From the human T2T-CHM13v2.0 reference genome, Homo sapiens, in assembly GCF_009914755.1 (NCBI RefSeq), contig NC_060926.1: a stretch of 64,000 nt of DNA; one strand, 5' to 3'. Shown here piece after piece: positions 44,230-63,525 of this stretch. The position numbers and the translations under genes were made by a program. The notes beneath the pieces are model-generated. The model saw only the letters and a program-made list of their open reading frames with translations. It was not told the origin of the DNA and did not search any database. Positions within the stretch are counted from its first letter, which is position 1; each line of letters begins with the position of its first letter.

Positions 44230-44510
44230 GGCCAGACATGGTGGCTCATGCCTGTAATTTCAGCACTTTGGTAGGCCAAGGTGGGCAGATCACTTGAGCT
44301 CAGAAGTCTGAGACCAGCCTAAGCAACATGGTGAAACCCTGTCTCTACAAAAAATACAAAAATTAGCCGGTCATGGTGGAACACGTCTGTAGTCTCAGCT
44401 ACTCAGGAGGCTGAGGTAGGAGGATCACCTGAGCCTGGGGAGCTTGAGGCTGCAGTGAGCCAAGATCACACCACTGCACTCTATCTAGCCTGGGCGACAG
44501 AATAAGACCT
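44230..44510 (+). mobile_element. AluJ lacking a poly(A) tail, inside an L2 fragment
   Basis: Ends ...AATAAGACCTG with no tail or TSD. Confidence 0.88.
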
Positions 44511-44867
44511 GACACAGGCCCTATACTGAACACTGAGCTTGTGAGGAAATTAAGATTTGGTCCCTGAATGATATGCGGGGGATAATTACATCCAGAATCA
44601 GAAAGAAAGCAGGAGACGCTCATCCTCAGGAGGCTCTAGGTCCCTGCCGAGAGAGACATTCTCCTTTTAGACTCAATTGAGCAGCGTTAATTCAGAGACA
44701 GCCAGGAGCCTGGGAGGCCAGGGCATAAACAGCATAAATGTTGTCACCCACCCCTATTTTGTGAGAAGATATATCGGGCAGCCCTGGGGAAATGGGATGC
44801 AGGATAGGAGAAGAAAGGCATGTCTGGGGAAGCTGCTGTATGGAAAAGTAGGAAAGTCATCCTATAC

Positions 44868-45057
44868 CAGCAGTTCTCAAACTTGAGCACACAGCAGAAT
44901 CACCGAGGGACCTCTTAAAACACACATTGGTGGGCCCACCAGCAGTGCCACTCAGTCAGCGAGTCAGGGTGGAATCTGGTACCTGCCCTAGTTCTAACGA
45001 GCTCCCAGGCAATATGCATGCAGACGCTGCCAGTCAGGCAGCCAGATTTTTAGAACG
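44868..45057. mobile_element. MER5A
   Basis: cagcagttctcaaacttgagc..agaatcacc..ttctaacgagctcccagg. Confidence 0.75.
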
Positions 45058-45224
45058 CTTACCAAAACTATTTCACCTGTTTTCCCAGGTCACCTGCGCA
45101 GATGGGTCCCGTGAAGGATACACACAGAAAAAGGGCCGAAAGGAAGGGCTCAGGATCGAGCAGAGAATCCTGCCTAGGAGAGAAACATGGAAAGAGATTC
45201 CACAGGAAAACACAGGTAGTAGAA

Positions 45225-45450
45225 GAACAGCAGCCAGCATTTATGGATTGAGCACTTACTATGTGCAGAGCCCCCTCTAAGTGCTTCATGATTGATTTCA
45301 TTTAAGCCACACAATACACCTATGGAGTTAGGACTATTAGCCTCCCCAGCTCATATCAGTAGGGAAACAGCAGCACAGGGAAGATAAGTAACTAGATGGT
45401 GCCAAGATGCAAGTCTAGCTCAAGTGCCCACCATTAACTGCTGTGCCCTG
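45225..45450 (-). mobile_element. MIR
   Basis: gcatttatggattgagcacttactatgtgc..ggaaacagcagcacagggaag. Confidence 0.7.
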
Positions 45451-45595
45451 CTGCTGGCAGAGGAAGCCAAACTGGAAACAAAGAAACGAGAACTTTCTTC
45501 CCCTCATGAATCCTCCTGCCAGGCCTTCAGATAAGCACCTCCATTTTGCAAGCTAGTCTGTTTGGGAAAGAAGGAGATGAAAGGGAAGTGTGTAG

Positions 45596-46880
45596 TGCGT
45601 TAGTTTGCTAGGGCTGGCATAATCAAGTACCACAAACTGATTGGCTTACACAACAAATTATTTCGCAGTTCTGGAGGCCAGAAGTCCAAGAACAAGGTAC
45701 CTGCATGGTTCATTCCTCCTGCACGGTTCATTCATCGGCTGGGAAGGAGAATCTGCTCCATGCCTCTCCAAGCTTCTGGTGGTTTGCTGGCTAACTTTGG
45801 TGTTCCTTGGCTTGGGGACACATTGCCCCAATCTCTCCCTTCCTGTTCACGGGGTGTTCTCTGACGAACACAAAGTTTGCTTGGCCAAACTTTAGACAGG
45901 CCCCTGATCCTTCTCCTAGGCCCGTCTGTGCACTTTCGTGTAAGATTCAGCTTCAGCAATGAACACGACTAAGCTAGTTTAGCAAGAACCCCCCTCAACA
46001 TCTGATCACCGTAGATATCTGATTGGGCTCCTCCTTCTCCACCGACCCCCAGGTGTGTCCCATCACCCTGGCCTGTTTTGAGCAAGAATCCTATTAGGTC
46101 AGTTTAACCAGAATCTCCTCACCCGTGATGTTTCCTCTTAGTAATTTTCCATCCACTGACTGGCCACCCTGCTCCTGGGCTATAAATTCCCACCTGCCCC
46201 TGCTGCTTTCGGAGTTGAACCCAGTCTCTCTGACTGCACGACCTGGTTGCAGTGGTCCCTGTACCTATCACGATGGTGCTGAATATAGTCTTCCTTACCA
46301 TGCCTTACCAAGTGTCATTGAATAATATTTTTCTGTTTTTGAGACAGAATCTTGTACTGTTGCCCAGGCGGGAGTGCAGTGGCGTGATTTCGGCTCACTG
46401 CAACCACTGCCTCCATGGTTCCAGCGATTCTCATGCCTCAGCCTCCTGAGTAGCCAGCACCACAGTTGCACGCCACCACACCTGGCTAATTTTTGTAGTT
46501 TTGGTAGAGACAGATTTCACCATGGTGGCCAGGCTGGTCTTGAACTTCTTGGCCTCAAATGATCCGCCCACCTCGGCCTCCCAGAGTGCTGGGATTCCAG
46601 GCATGAGCCACCACACCCGGCCTAATAATTTTTTTTAACATCTCTCGTGTGTATGTCTGCTCTGTATCCAAGTCTCCCCTTTTTACAGGGACATCAGTCT
46701 ATTGGATTAGGGGACCACTCTAGTTCAGTATGACTTCATCTTAACTAATTACATCTTCAATGACCCTATATCCAGCTAGGGTCACATTCTGAGGCACTGG
46801 GGGTTAGGACTTCAACATATGAATTTGGTGGGTATTAGGTGGGGAGGTGGGGCAAAGGAGACACAATGCAACCCTTAACA
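45596..46880 (-). mobile_element. MLT1B/C LTR interrupted by MER31
   Basis: ttagtttgctagggctg..aagtaccacaaactg ... gtcacattctgagg..ttaggacttcaacatatgaattt. Confidence 0.82.
45862..46640 (+). mobile_element. MER31 ERV1 LTR containing an Alu (46328-46622, -)
   Basis: TG...CA ends with 4-bp TSD TCTC; ccaaactttagacaggc and tagcaagaacccc repeats. Confidence 0.8.
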
Positions 46881-46950
46881 GGAAGAAAAAAATGTTCTTG
46901 GAACAAACTTCAAAAGCTTAGATGCTAAAGACATTAGACATACTTCCCTG

Positions 46951-47115
46951 TGTATGGTGGTGCATGCCTGTAGTCCTAGGTACTTGTAAGGCTAAGGCAG
47001 AAGGATTGCTTGAGCCCAGGAGTTCAAGGCTGCACTGAGCTATCATCGCGCCACTGCACTCAACCTGGACGACAGAGCAAGACCCGTCTCTAAAAAAATA
47101 AAATAAAAAACAAAA
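46951..47115 (+). mobile_element. FRAM/FAM Alu monomer
   Basis: TSD ATACTTCCCTG. Confidence 0.85.
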
Positions 47116-47844
47116 ATACTTCCCTGAGCAGGGCCAACCCACCATATTGTATACACTAAGTAAGAAGCTCCATTTTCATTTACGATTTTAGACGCCATCA
47201 CCTAGGATGTTGAATCAATTATGGACAAGTCGGAATACGTTAAGGAAGTTGTTATAATGAGAATTCTTTTCCCTAAGACTTCACTTCAACTTTAATGTTT
47301 CTCTTTCAGATTTATCTACCATCCAATTATAAAACAGAAGTGCAGCAAGTCGGGTGGAAATGGTCTTGGTACCTGACACTAGCCAGCGTGTGAATTTCTC
47401 CCCTCTGAATAGCATTTGAATAAAAGCTGTGCTCATTTTTGGAGTGCAAGGTCAAATTAGAGAAGATGGATGTGAAGATTTCTCTGAACAAAGGTCTAAG
47501 AAGTAAAGGGAGCCAGTGTTCTGTATCAAAGTTCCTGGGAAAGACATTCTACTGATTTCGTTACTACAGATTCTTCCACTTCTCTCCATCACTCAGCGTG
47601 GGATGGGCCAGACATAGAAAGATGCAGTATCTGAATCCTGTAAGAAGTTCCTAGGGATGGGAAGAAGAACCTTTCTTTGGGTATAGAATGCAATGTCCTA
47701 ATTAGCTCGAGGGAGCAGTGAGGACATCCTTGAGAAAGCCAATTCACATCCAACGCAGAATTCAATTTGGTGTAATGGATATCATACTTGTTTAGGAAGG
47801 GGATGATAAAGAGACTTGGATTTCGACCTTAGTTATAAATACCT

Positions 47845-48420
47845 CATTTATTCTTTATTTTATTCACTGTCTACTGGACTCCTATGATGTGACAAGTATC
47901 GGGAAAGCCATGAGTCAGGAAGTCAGATTTGCCATGCCCCTCTCTTCATGGAGCTCCGGGGCCTGGAACAAGCGCTCTTCTTTATGTGTTATTTCTCAGT
48001 CAGTAATGGGAAAATAGATAACTGAGTTTCCCTGAAGAATCCCATTCAACTCAACCAATGTCTACCCAGCCCTTAGCTTGATGGCAGCCAGTGTGTTTGA
48101 GGCTAGATAGCTGGAAAGCAAAAAAGGAATCTAATGGTGAATGAGATGGGACCCCCTACCTTAGAAAAAGTGCAATAAGCCAGGGAAGGCAGACGTGTAA
48201 ATGACTGAGATCAGCACTCAGCAGAGGCACAGGCCTCAAGCAAAGGAGGGATTTCCCTGAGTGCTGTGCAAGAGCAGAAAGAAACCCCAAAGTGTGATGT
48301 GCCCCATTTACCCTGGGCCTTGAAGGAAGAATGACTTCTCCAGTAAAGAACCGAGGAAGAACAGTCCAGTCTGAGTGTACAGAGTGAGCAAAGGGCAAAG
48401 GTCCAGAGCATGAAAGCGCC
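47845..48420 (-). mobile_element. Degraded L2 fragments
   Basis: ttcactgtctact..cctatgatgtgacaag; gggccttgaaggaaga..agcaaagggcaaagg. Confidence 0.5.
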
Positions 48421-48499
48421 AGACCCTTAAAAAGTATAGTCCTCCCCAGTCATACCACTCCCAGCTCATTCTCATTCATCCTAGACGCGGGAACCCAAA

Positions 48500-48720
48500 C
48501 ACGCAGCTCAGACAGGAGTCAGGAAACAGCTGGACTCGAAGAGCCATCAGAACAATTCAGATAAGTCAACAATTGGAAACAATAATATTGGCATGGGTCA
48601 AGGGTGGTGACAAAGAGCACGTCATCTAAAGGGGACAGCACTGTTCAGCTTGGCTTGATTGTTGCCTCCCAGGAAAGTCACAGAAGCCAGATCTTGGAGA
48701 TTTTTCAGAGAAGCTAGAAA
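48500..48720. mobile_element. MER102-like hAT fragment
   Basis: tctaaaggggacagc..gattgttgcc..gccagatctt..atttttcagagaagctagaaa. Confidence 0.55.
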
Positions 48721-48759
48721 TATATATATACATAAATATATATATATGCACACACATAC

Positions 48760-48794
<35 letters not shown>

Positions 48795-48812
48795 ATCACA
48801 TATATAATATGT
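48720..48812. repeat. (TA)n/(CA)n low-complexity tract
   Basis: Read directly from sequence. Confidence 0.9.
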
Positions 48813-48840
48813 ATTAGAGGGAGAGAGAAAGGATAAGTAA

Positions 48841-49186
<346 letters not shown>

Positions 49187-49928
49187 AACTAGGTTCAAAT
49201 CTTGAACTGTCAGATTCCAAAGTTGAGCTTCTGGAACGGCTGGGTAGGAAACATGGAAATTATTCAGGCTATGGAGGTGGAAGTTCTGGAAGGAAGAGGA
49301 ATGGAAGCCAGGAAGGCACAAACAGGGAAGGCCAGTAATCTAGGGATAAGACATCCTAGCAGAAGAATCTTTTCTAATGATTAGGAAAGTCAAAACACAC
49401 ACATGCACTCACATCTGAAGAGTGGCAAGAGGAATTAGCAAGATTTAAAAGATTTAAAACACTAAAGCTTTGACACCAAAAGCAGCCAGAAAATAGAAAA
49501 AGGCAAAAATACTTGGAACCACCCCAACTTCCTGCTGATATTAAATTTTAATGGATTAGGACTCAAGAATGGCTTCAAATAATAAAATGAAAATTTGTTA
49601 CCAATTAAAGGAAAACATCAACCTGACCAAAATAAATCTGAAATGAGACGCTGAATCCTGGACTCCCCAGCCCTTCCTACCAGCCACAATTTCTTTCGAT
49701 CAATAATTGAAACATCCTCCAGGCATATTAAAGAACCCAGAAGTCACACCCTGCCCTGCAGGGCTCCACAGGTGAACATTTGCATATGTCAAAGTAAAGG
49801 GCATTTCCACCAGCCTCCCTTGCTCTCCAGAGAGAACCCCGGGGCCTTGCAAGTCTCGGCAGATTTCCCTGACCTTGCGTGCCAAGGCAGAAGGTGAGAT
49901 GGCAAACAGATGCGCGCTTCCACTGAGA

Positions 49929-50017
49929 GCGTGCATGTGTGTGCGTGTATGTGAGTGCGTGCATGTGTGTGCGTGCGTGTATGTGTGTGCGTGCGTGTGA
50001 GTGCACATGTGCGTGCA
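49929..50017. repeat. Alternating purine-pyrimidine (TG/CG/CA) tract
   Basis: About 89 nt, nearly uninterrupted RY alternation. Confidence 0.92.
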
Positions 50018-50887
50018 GGTGCCTGTGACCGCTGCTGTGGTGGGGGAACTGTGGGGAGAAGAGAAAGAAAGGGAGTGTTAAGAGAAAGGAAGATGGAGGG
50101 ATGTTTACATTTAATCGTCACCTTTCGATTACATTTATTTTGGCCAAAGCCATCTAGCTATTGAATGACACAGCTATTCTTGGGTTCCATCTTAAGACTT
50201 TTTTTTTTTAATTGAAATGTATATTCTTTTTAAGAATCAAGGGGAAAGCCATTTAGATGCCTGGTATAAAGCCATTAAGGCTAAAGACGCAGCAGGATCC
50301 GCCTTACTGGGTATGAATGTGCCCATGAAAACCTTGTCCTTGTCAAGCCTTTATAATAATTATACACACCCTTAGTGATTTCAGTGGAAACGACGCTCTG
50401 AGGGGTTCTTGGGGAAGATTCACAAAAGCCACATAGCAAATCTCTTTGACTCAGTCTGGTAAACATCAGGTAGTAAGGGGCTTTCCCGGCTTAATTCATG
50501 GGAAATAATATGGAAAATAAATTCATCTTCAGTATTTATGAAAGTCGAGACTGAAAAATCTGCGAAGACTCCACAGGCGACAGTCACACAGGTTTCCCTC
50601 CCTTCCACAAATGATCAGCTCCAAACACTGAGCTGTAGGAAATGTAAAAAGCAACAATCCTTCACTCAAAGCAGGTCTCTGGAGGGGAGAGGCTGGAGGG
50701 TAAGAAGGAATGGAGCATATTTGACCCAGATGAAAAACCCATGCCCTGGCAGCCCCAAGACCACTATTCCAGAGCTTTCCCAGCTGAGGGCAGGCACACA
50801 GATGCCTAGTTCGCCTCTAAGATTTCAAGGGGGTGTTCTTTTGTCTCACTTTCTTGAAACTTTTTTTAAACTGGTATCTGTTTATAA

Positions 50888-51224
<337 letters not shown>

Positions 51225-51844
51225 TGTTTTTTCTTTTTTCCTATACACTGTGTGCTTGAGTCGAAAAGTTCATTCAGTTCATCTTCCAAACACCTCCGTG
51301 ATGCACCTGTTTAGTACCTGACACAGGTGCTGGGCATTGGGCTGTGAACCTGCCCAAACATACTTAGCAAAAGTGAGCAGCAAAGATGGCATGGTGAGCA
51401 ATGGATCCTGAAGGAAAAAGGACCAGCACGTGCAAGGCCAGGGATGTGGAACCTCACAGGACTCCCAGCATCTGCAGTCCAGACACTTGACCCACACTGA
51501 GTCAGAGAAGCCTCAGTCTTACTGACCTCGCTTCCCTCTTTTCTTTTTGCCTAGTGGCTTATGAAAGAGACTAAAAGTCCTGTTGAGAAACAACAGAGGG
51601 GCAGAACAGGAAATGTTTTCTAGCAAAGAAGAGAATGCACTCACAAATAAAAATGAAATGATCATTTGCATCCATCAAACATGTGTTTCTCGATTGTGTT
51701 ATGAAGAAATTCAGAGTAGGAGATGAAACAGTGTTAATAGTCACATTGCATTTTCAGTTTGAGGAGCTTGCTGGGCATGCCCGAGTGTGGGTCTGCTACT
51801 TCGTTATTCATTTCGCCATTTACATTTCTGGTTTTTATCACATG

Positions 51845-52886
<1,042 letters not shown>

Positions 52887-53029
52887 TATGCATATTTATT
52901 TTCCTTATGAAAATCAGAAATGTTATACACAGCAAAATATCCATGTTTAGTTCTCCTTCAGGTCTCTTAATTCTTTTTTCTGAATATTGAAAAATATATT
53001 TATCAGGAAAAATTGAATATATTTGTTTA

Positions 53030-53846
<817 letters not shown>

Positions 53847-53923
53847 TTTATTGGATTAAAAAATCATTTTCCAAGTGCAAAATGAATTATAGTATAAAAT
53901 AATTATTTGAACAAATAGAATGA

Positions 53924-54212
53924 GGCCAGGTGCAGTGGCTCATGCCTGTAATCCCAGCTCTTTGGAAGGTTGAGGCGGGAGGATCACTTTAGGCCAGTAG
54001 TTTAAGAGCAGCCTGAGCAACATAGCAAGACACCATCTCTACTAAAAAATAAAGTAGCCAGGCATGCTGGCGTGTGCCTATAGTCCTAGCTACTTGGGAA
54101 GCTGGCGTAAGATTGCTTGAGCCCAGGAATTTGAGGCTGCAGTGAGCTATAATTGTGCACCCTAGCCTGGGCAATAGAGTGAGACCCTGTCGCTTAACAA
54201 GAAAGAAAGAAA
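53924..54212 (+). mobile_element. AluJ
   Basis: Dimer; TSD AGAATGA. Confidence 0.9.
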
Positions 54213-54235
54213 ACCAGAATGATCAAATCTAGATT

Positions 54236-54811
54236 TGTGCAATAAAGGAAACCAAAAATATTTCACCTCAAAATATACTTCTTTGAGGTATTTCAAGATG
54301 GCTATTCAAAGGCTGGAAACAAAATTGCTCAAAATCTGCCTTGTATGGGCGGGATTTGTATTCATAAAGAAAATCTGCATTGATGAAATAAACAGCCACC
54401 CTTTCTCTGCCTCACCCAGACCTTGTCGGGATCGAGGAGACTGGCTCACAGGAGAGACTGAGAGTCTGATGGGGGTCTAACAAAAACTTACTCTTTCTGA
54501 GCACCACTACCTGTGAGGTGTCATCTGCATAACAAGACCGTGTTTGCTAGCCAGGCCCGTCCTCTTCTCTCTTTCTCATAACTGGTCTTACCATACTCCA
54601 AGCCCCTATACTTTCTGTAACCTCAAGATGATATAAAGCATCAATCAGCAGATCCTTTCTTTGAGAGTTTTCATATTTTGTATGACTCCTGTGCCCATTT
54701 GCACATTAATAAGTTTGTATGCTTTTTTTCCCTGTTAATTTGTCTGTTATCAGTTTGGTTTTTGACTCAGCTTATCAAACCTTCTGGGGAAAAATTTAAG
54801 CTTTCCTTTCA
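54236..54811 (+). mobile_element. MER34-group 5' LTR
   Basis: aaaatatttcacctcaaaatatacttctttga..catctgcataacaagacc..ttccctgttaatttgtct; followed by a PBS-like sequence. Confidence 0.78.
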
Positions 54812-55086
54812 GTTCGGTATTGTGAGCAGGACAACAAATTGCTCTGTTGGCTCCAGAACTTCAGGATGGGATCTTGGGTCAATTGATGAAAAGCCAGTGA
54901 AGAAAGCTAAGAAATTTTTACCAAGTCAGTTCTCCTGGGTCTCTGTGGTGCCCAGTTGAATGAGGAAGAGTCTTTCTTTGTCTTCTTCCATTTCTAAATT
55001 TGGATTAACAGGAAAAAATGTGTACGTAAATTAGTTTTGTGTTGGTTTAAATAGCTTTTGAAATAAAACGCTATTTAGTTGGCAAC

Positions 55087-55371
55087 ATTTTATTTTATTT
55101 TAGTCATTTTTTTAGAGACAAAGTTGTCCAGGCTACAGTATAATGGCACCATCATAGCTCCCTGTAACCTCGAATTCCCAGGCTCAAGCGCCCCTCCTGC
55201 CCCAGCCTCCTGGGTAGCTGGGATTACAGGCACATGCCATGCCACCATATTCAGCTATTTTTTTAATTTTTTCTATTTTTTAACAGAGACAGGGTCTCAA
55301 ACTTCAAGCAATCCTCCTGCCTTGCCCTCACAAAGTGTTGGGATTGCAGGCATGAGCCACTGCACTCAGCC
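55087..55371 (-). mobile_element. AluJ (degraded)
   Basis: Reverse dimer with deletions. Confidence 0.85.
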
Positions 55372-56450
55372 AAAATTTTTGCTTAAAAAAAAAAAAAAGT
55401 AAAATTGTGTTGGTCTTTTTGGGGAGCTGCAGACCTCTCCAGACTGGCTCCTCTGGGACTCATTCTTCCTTCAGCTTCTGCCCCGCCTTTTGCCCCCTTT
55501 GATATTCCCTCCAGTTGTCTGATATGGTTTATCTCAAGCCCCTTCTCCTCTATTTGGTGGTCAGTGGATGAAAAATTACAGAGAAAAAACATCAGAGTTC
55601 TAGTTATCACATAAAGGGATCTAAAAGAAATTTCTATCAACTGCGAGACCCCTTGAAGAACACAGTTAAGGCACCACTGACCCCCCTCTTTTGAGGTCCC
55701 CTGTATTCCTCATGGAACCCCAAGAGTTGTGAATGGGTTCCTTTCAGGTCTAAAGCTCTGCTCTCTTTTGTATTAAACTCCCTAATCTCTATGACTTTTG
55801 GATACATACATGTGTACATGTGTGTTGTGTGTTGTATCTACATGTATGTATGTGTCTATACATGTATTTGTATGTTGTCTACAGGATACCAAACTGACGT
55901 ATAAATAAATGAGTACTCATAAATAACTAGCCAAAATGCTTTTCAAGTTCACATGTAATTTTTGGTAAGTAAAGCTAGCTTTAAATTTTTGAGTAAAATA
56001 AAAATGTCTTCAAAATTTAATGTAGACATTTTTGCCTGAGTCTACTGATTAAACAAATTTATGCTGTCTCTGCTAGGTGTTTTAAGGTCAAAAAACTTGC
56101 TTCTGTGATACTTTTGATACTTGCTTAACTTGTCTTTGAGCTAACACTGCAGGCTGGCTGTGTTCCACCAAAGCCTTGCAAACATCCTGCTGTGGGGTTT
56201 ATGACTTTGGTTTTAAGCTTTGGATTCTGTAGTCTAGACAGTTGGCCATGGTGAGGCCTGGAGACATATGTATGTCCACAGTACCTGGGCCACCAGCTGC
56301 AGGGAAGAACCAAGCCCAATATGGCTCCATTCTCTCTGGCCCAGCTTGCCTCCTAGCCATGCTATGAAGGATCAGATCCTCCAGATACGGTCTTTACAGC
56401 TCTCTCCTTGTCCTGGGCTCTGCACCTGGTACATAACAATGAAAATTGCT

Positions 56451-57822
<1,372 letters not shown>

Positions 57823-57950
57823 CAAAATTGCTTATTTCTATGTTTTTCATTGAAAATTAAGGTTACTAAGAGTTAAAATTGTAATTAATATATGAAATTA
57901 AAACTACTAGATATAAAACGCACAATTCCTGCATACAGAATGTGTAAGAA

Positions 57951-58066
57951 GGCCAGGCACAGTGGCTCACACCTATAATCCAAGCACTTTGGGAGACTGA
58001 GGTGGGAGAATTGCTTGAGCCCAGGAGTTTGAGACCGGACTGGGTAACACAGGGAAACCTTGACTG

Positions 58067-58129
<63 letters not shown>

Positions 58130-58263
58130 TTAAGTAGCTGGGATGGTAGCACACACCTGTAGTCCTAGCTACTCAGGAGGCTGAGTTGGGAGGAGCACCT
58201 TGAGCCCAGGAGTTCCAGACCAGCCTGGGCGAAGGAGCGAGATCACATTTCAAAAAAAAAAAA
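57951..58263 (+). mobile_element. AluJ with (AT)22 T-run in the linker
   Basis: AT run 58069-58112, T run to 58131. Confidence 0.88.
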
Positions 58264-58296
58264 TTGAATGTGATTTTGGTTAAAGAAAAGTTTATA

Positions 58297-58659
<363 letters not shown>

Positions 58660-59704
58660 TTAGAGGTTATTTAAAGTTTGTTTCAAAATGAAGGTATAAA
58701 GGAATAAAATATACACAGCAACACATCTATTACAGTTTACTTCAAAGAGAGATACGGAATGTGGGAGGACATCTCATTAGCTGGAAAATTCTCTGGGAAA
58801 ATATTTTCTTGCTCTGAAAGAATTTTGAAAAAGGGCATTTCAGTTATGATTGAATCACATTGTAGGTCAAAAACAGTTAAACATCCACAATTTCATATGA
58901 TTCAATCTGATCCAAGAGGACTGAGAAAAGTGTCATTACTTTTCTACTTGTTTATAATAAAAATTCTGTTATAAATTGTGCACTTAAAATGAGTGAATTT
59001 TATGGCATGTAAACTATAGCTCAATAGTGCTATTAAACATTCTACTTGAGTCATTTATTCATTCCCGTTTTCAAAACACAAATTCCTAATTCAGAGGTGG
59101 GATATCTCACTGAGGTTTCATGTGGCTAAATGACTTGTTTATTCATCCAGAGCAGAGCAGAAAACCAGACCACAAAGGAAAAGCCCAGACCTTTCCCTAC
59201 TTGGCTCAGTCCCCTAGTTCACGAGACTTGGGTATAAAATGGCCCAATGTATTCCCAACAGCTGCAATTCTTCAAGACAGGAGGATAATCAAACTAAGTC
59301 CACATATTTTTTCAGAAAAAGAACCAGAAACTAAAGTCCACCCTCTCAACCACTTCTTTCTCCAAGGTAAAGTTAAACATTAACTGGAGTGCACAAACAA
59401 GGACTTTGTCTTGTTCTCTGTACTTCCTCCTCTCCTGTGACACACCCTGTTTCTCCCCAACCCCATCTCCCAACCCAATGTGTTCAATGTTATCAAACAC
59501 CAGTCTCTCTCTGGAAGTTCAACTTGACCCAAACAGTCCATACTGGGAGACAGGAAAACAATAACAGTTTCAGCAGCAATATATTGACAGCCTTGTACGT
59601 GCTGCTTAGCATGCCACAGTGCAGTAGCCATTCTAGAATGCATTCCTGGTAGCAGATGGATATGCTAAACCTACAGGAAGGCCTCTATGGTGGCAGAGGG
59701 AGAG

Positions 59705-59885
59705 GCACTTCTCATACTTGCATTGCACCTGAAACCCTGGGCATCTGGTTAAAATGCAGATTTTGATCCTTTAGGTCTGGGGTGGGCACTGACACGCTGC
59801 ATCTCTAACAAGCTGTCAGGAAATGCTGCTGCTATTGCTGCTGCCGCTGCTGGTGGTACAGGGACCACACTTTAAAGTAGCAAGA
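59705..59885. mobile_element. MER5A with a short (GCT)n
   Basis: ggttaaaatgcagatt..taggtctggggtggg..ctgcatctctaacaagct..gggaccacacttt. Confidence 0.8.
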
Positions 59886-59896
59886 TATTAAGGCAT

Positions 59897-60220
59897 CACT
59901 GTTCAACAGAAACATAAAGCAAGGCAAAAATGCAAGCCCCTGTACATAATTTTAACTATTCTGGTAGCTGCACTAAAAAGTTAAGAAACAGGTAAAATTC
60001 ATTTTAATAATATATTATTTAACTTAATAACTTAAAATGTTATCATTGCAATATGAAACCAATAGAAAATTTTATTTATGAGGTGTTTTACATTCTTTTT
60101 TTCATACTAAGTATTCGAAAGCTGGCAGGTATTTACCCTTAAGGAACCTCTTATTCCAGCTAACCAGGCTTCAAGGGCTCAGTAGTCCCATAAGGGCAGT
60201 GGCTATGTACAAGACAGCAT
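59897..60220. mobile_element. MER33 (hAT-Charlie)
   Basis: cactgttcaacagaaac..aagaaacaggtaaaatt.attttaataatatatt..ttttttcatactaagt. Confidence 0.8.
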
Positions 60221-60689
60221 GGCCCCTGGGGCTCCTCAGTGGTTCTGGACTCCCTAAGCAGCCATGCCGCGAAGCAGCCAACACTACGGGGAATTATTCT
60301 ACTCTATTGGCTCCTATTGAGAGTCTTCTAAGAGGTCATAGAGACTCAGAAACGGAGTCTCAGAAACGGAGAAGAGAAACATCATGTCTTTTGAGGTCTG
60401 CTTATCAAAAACAAGAAGGGCCATGGTTCCAGGAGGGGAAGGAGGGCTTTTGCAGTTCGGAGCCCTCCAACAGAGAATCTAGCAAGCACGTTGCGAAGTA
60501 AGGTGGCCAAGACTGGTGGGTGGGAGGCATCCCAAGGGAGAAGCCCTAGAGCTCCTCAACTACTTCCCATGCCTGCTTCCTCACCGCCCTTCCTTGACTG
60601 GGTGCTGCTGAGATCCAGGTTCCGGACCCTCAGGCCACAGCCAAGCTCACCAATCCTGTGGCCTGAATTTAGTATCAAAAATGAAGTCA

Positions 60690-62379
<1,690 letters not shown>

Positions 62380-62680
62380 AAAGGAAGAAAATAAAGGAGA
62401 AAATAAGAAGGAAAAAGGAAAGTAAGTAAACATAAAGAGAAAAAAGGAAAGAGTTCTAAGCTCTTAACCTCTATTTGCCTTCTTGCTTCTTTACTCTTGG
62501 TTCCCAGGTTATACACAAGAAGATGAATTCTGGAGTTTAATGTCCCTGCCTTAGCTTAGAGATAGGAGCAGGCTTGAAACCACAGTCTTTACTCAGGTAA
62601 AGCCAGCATGAGAGGATCACTTCTGACTTGCCCACAGGATTTGTTTATGGAAGTCATAGATCTATAGGACTTCACCCCGA

Positions 62681-63030
62681 TGATATGGTTTGGCTGTGTC
62701 CCCACCCAAATCTCATCTTGAATTCCCATGTGTTGTGGGAGGAACCCAGTGGGAGGCAATCAAGTCATGAGGGCAGGTCTTTCCCATGCTGTTCTCATGA
62801 TAGTGAATAAGTCTGATGAGATCTGATGGTTTTATAAGGGGGAGTTTCCTTACACAAGCTCTTTCTTTTTTTGCCTGCTGCCATCCATGTAAGATGTGAC
62901 TTGCCCCTCCTTGCCTTCTGCCATGATTGTGAGGCCTCCCCAGCCACATAGAACTGTGAGTCCATTAAACCTCTTTTTCTTCCTAGTCTTGGGTATGTCT
63001 TTATCAGCAGCATGAAAACGGACTAATACA
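62681..63030 (+). mobile_element. THE1B/C solo LTR
   Basis: TGATATGGTTTGGCTGTGTCCCCACC...GGACTAATACA. Confidence 0.93.
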
Positions 63031-63525
63031 CCTATCAAAGCAGGAATTCCTCTGAAACAAGGACAGCCAGACTTTCCTTGAAAATTTCCAGAAAGAATTC
63101 ACTACCCGAATAAGACATCCTCTCCAATTTTTAAGAAATATTACAAAGTTATTGCTATGAAGTTGAAATTTACCTTCATTTAATGTTCAGCCACTAATCC
63201 ATGTACTATTTTCCAGAACTTCATGAAATACATGTAATCCCTATTCTTTAAATACTTGAAGACAGTTGTCCTGGGTACCTGTCCTAGATCCCTTCCTGTC
63301 CAAATCTGCCAACACCTTTCTATCAATATGTATATATATGTTTCAAGTTGATATATATACACACATATGTATATGTGTGTGTGTATATATATACACACTG
63401 TGTTATTGGTTTTAGTTTTAAAATGTGAAACATAATAATAGCATGTTTGTATGTAAATGGAAATGATCCTTTAGATAGGGAAACACTTACAATAGAGGAG
63501 AGAAGGGAGAATTACTAGAGCAGCA

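Noticed and set aside
51764-51782. Full canonical p53 element GAGCTTGCT GGGCATGCCC
   Set aside because: The two half-sites overlap by one base, so the spacing is non-canonical.
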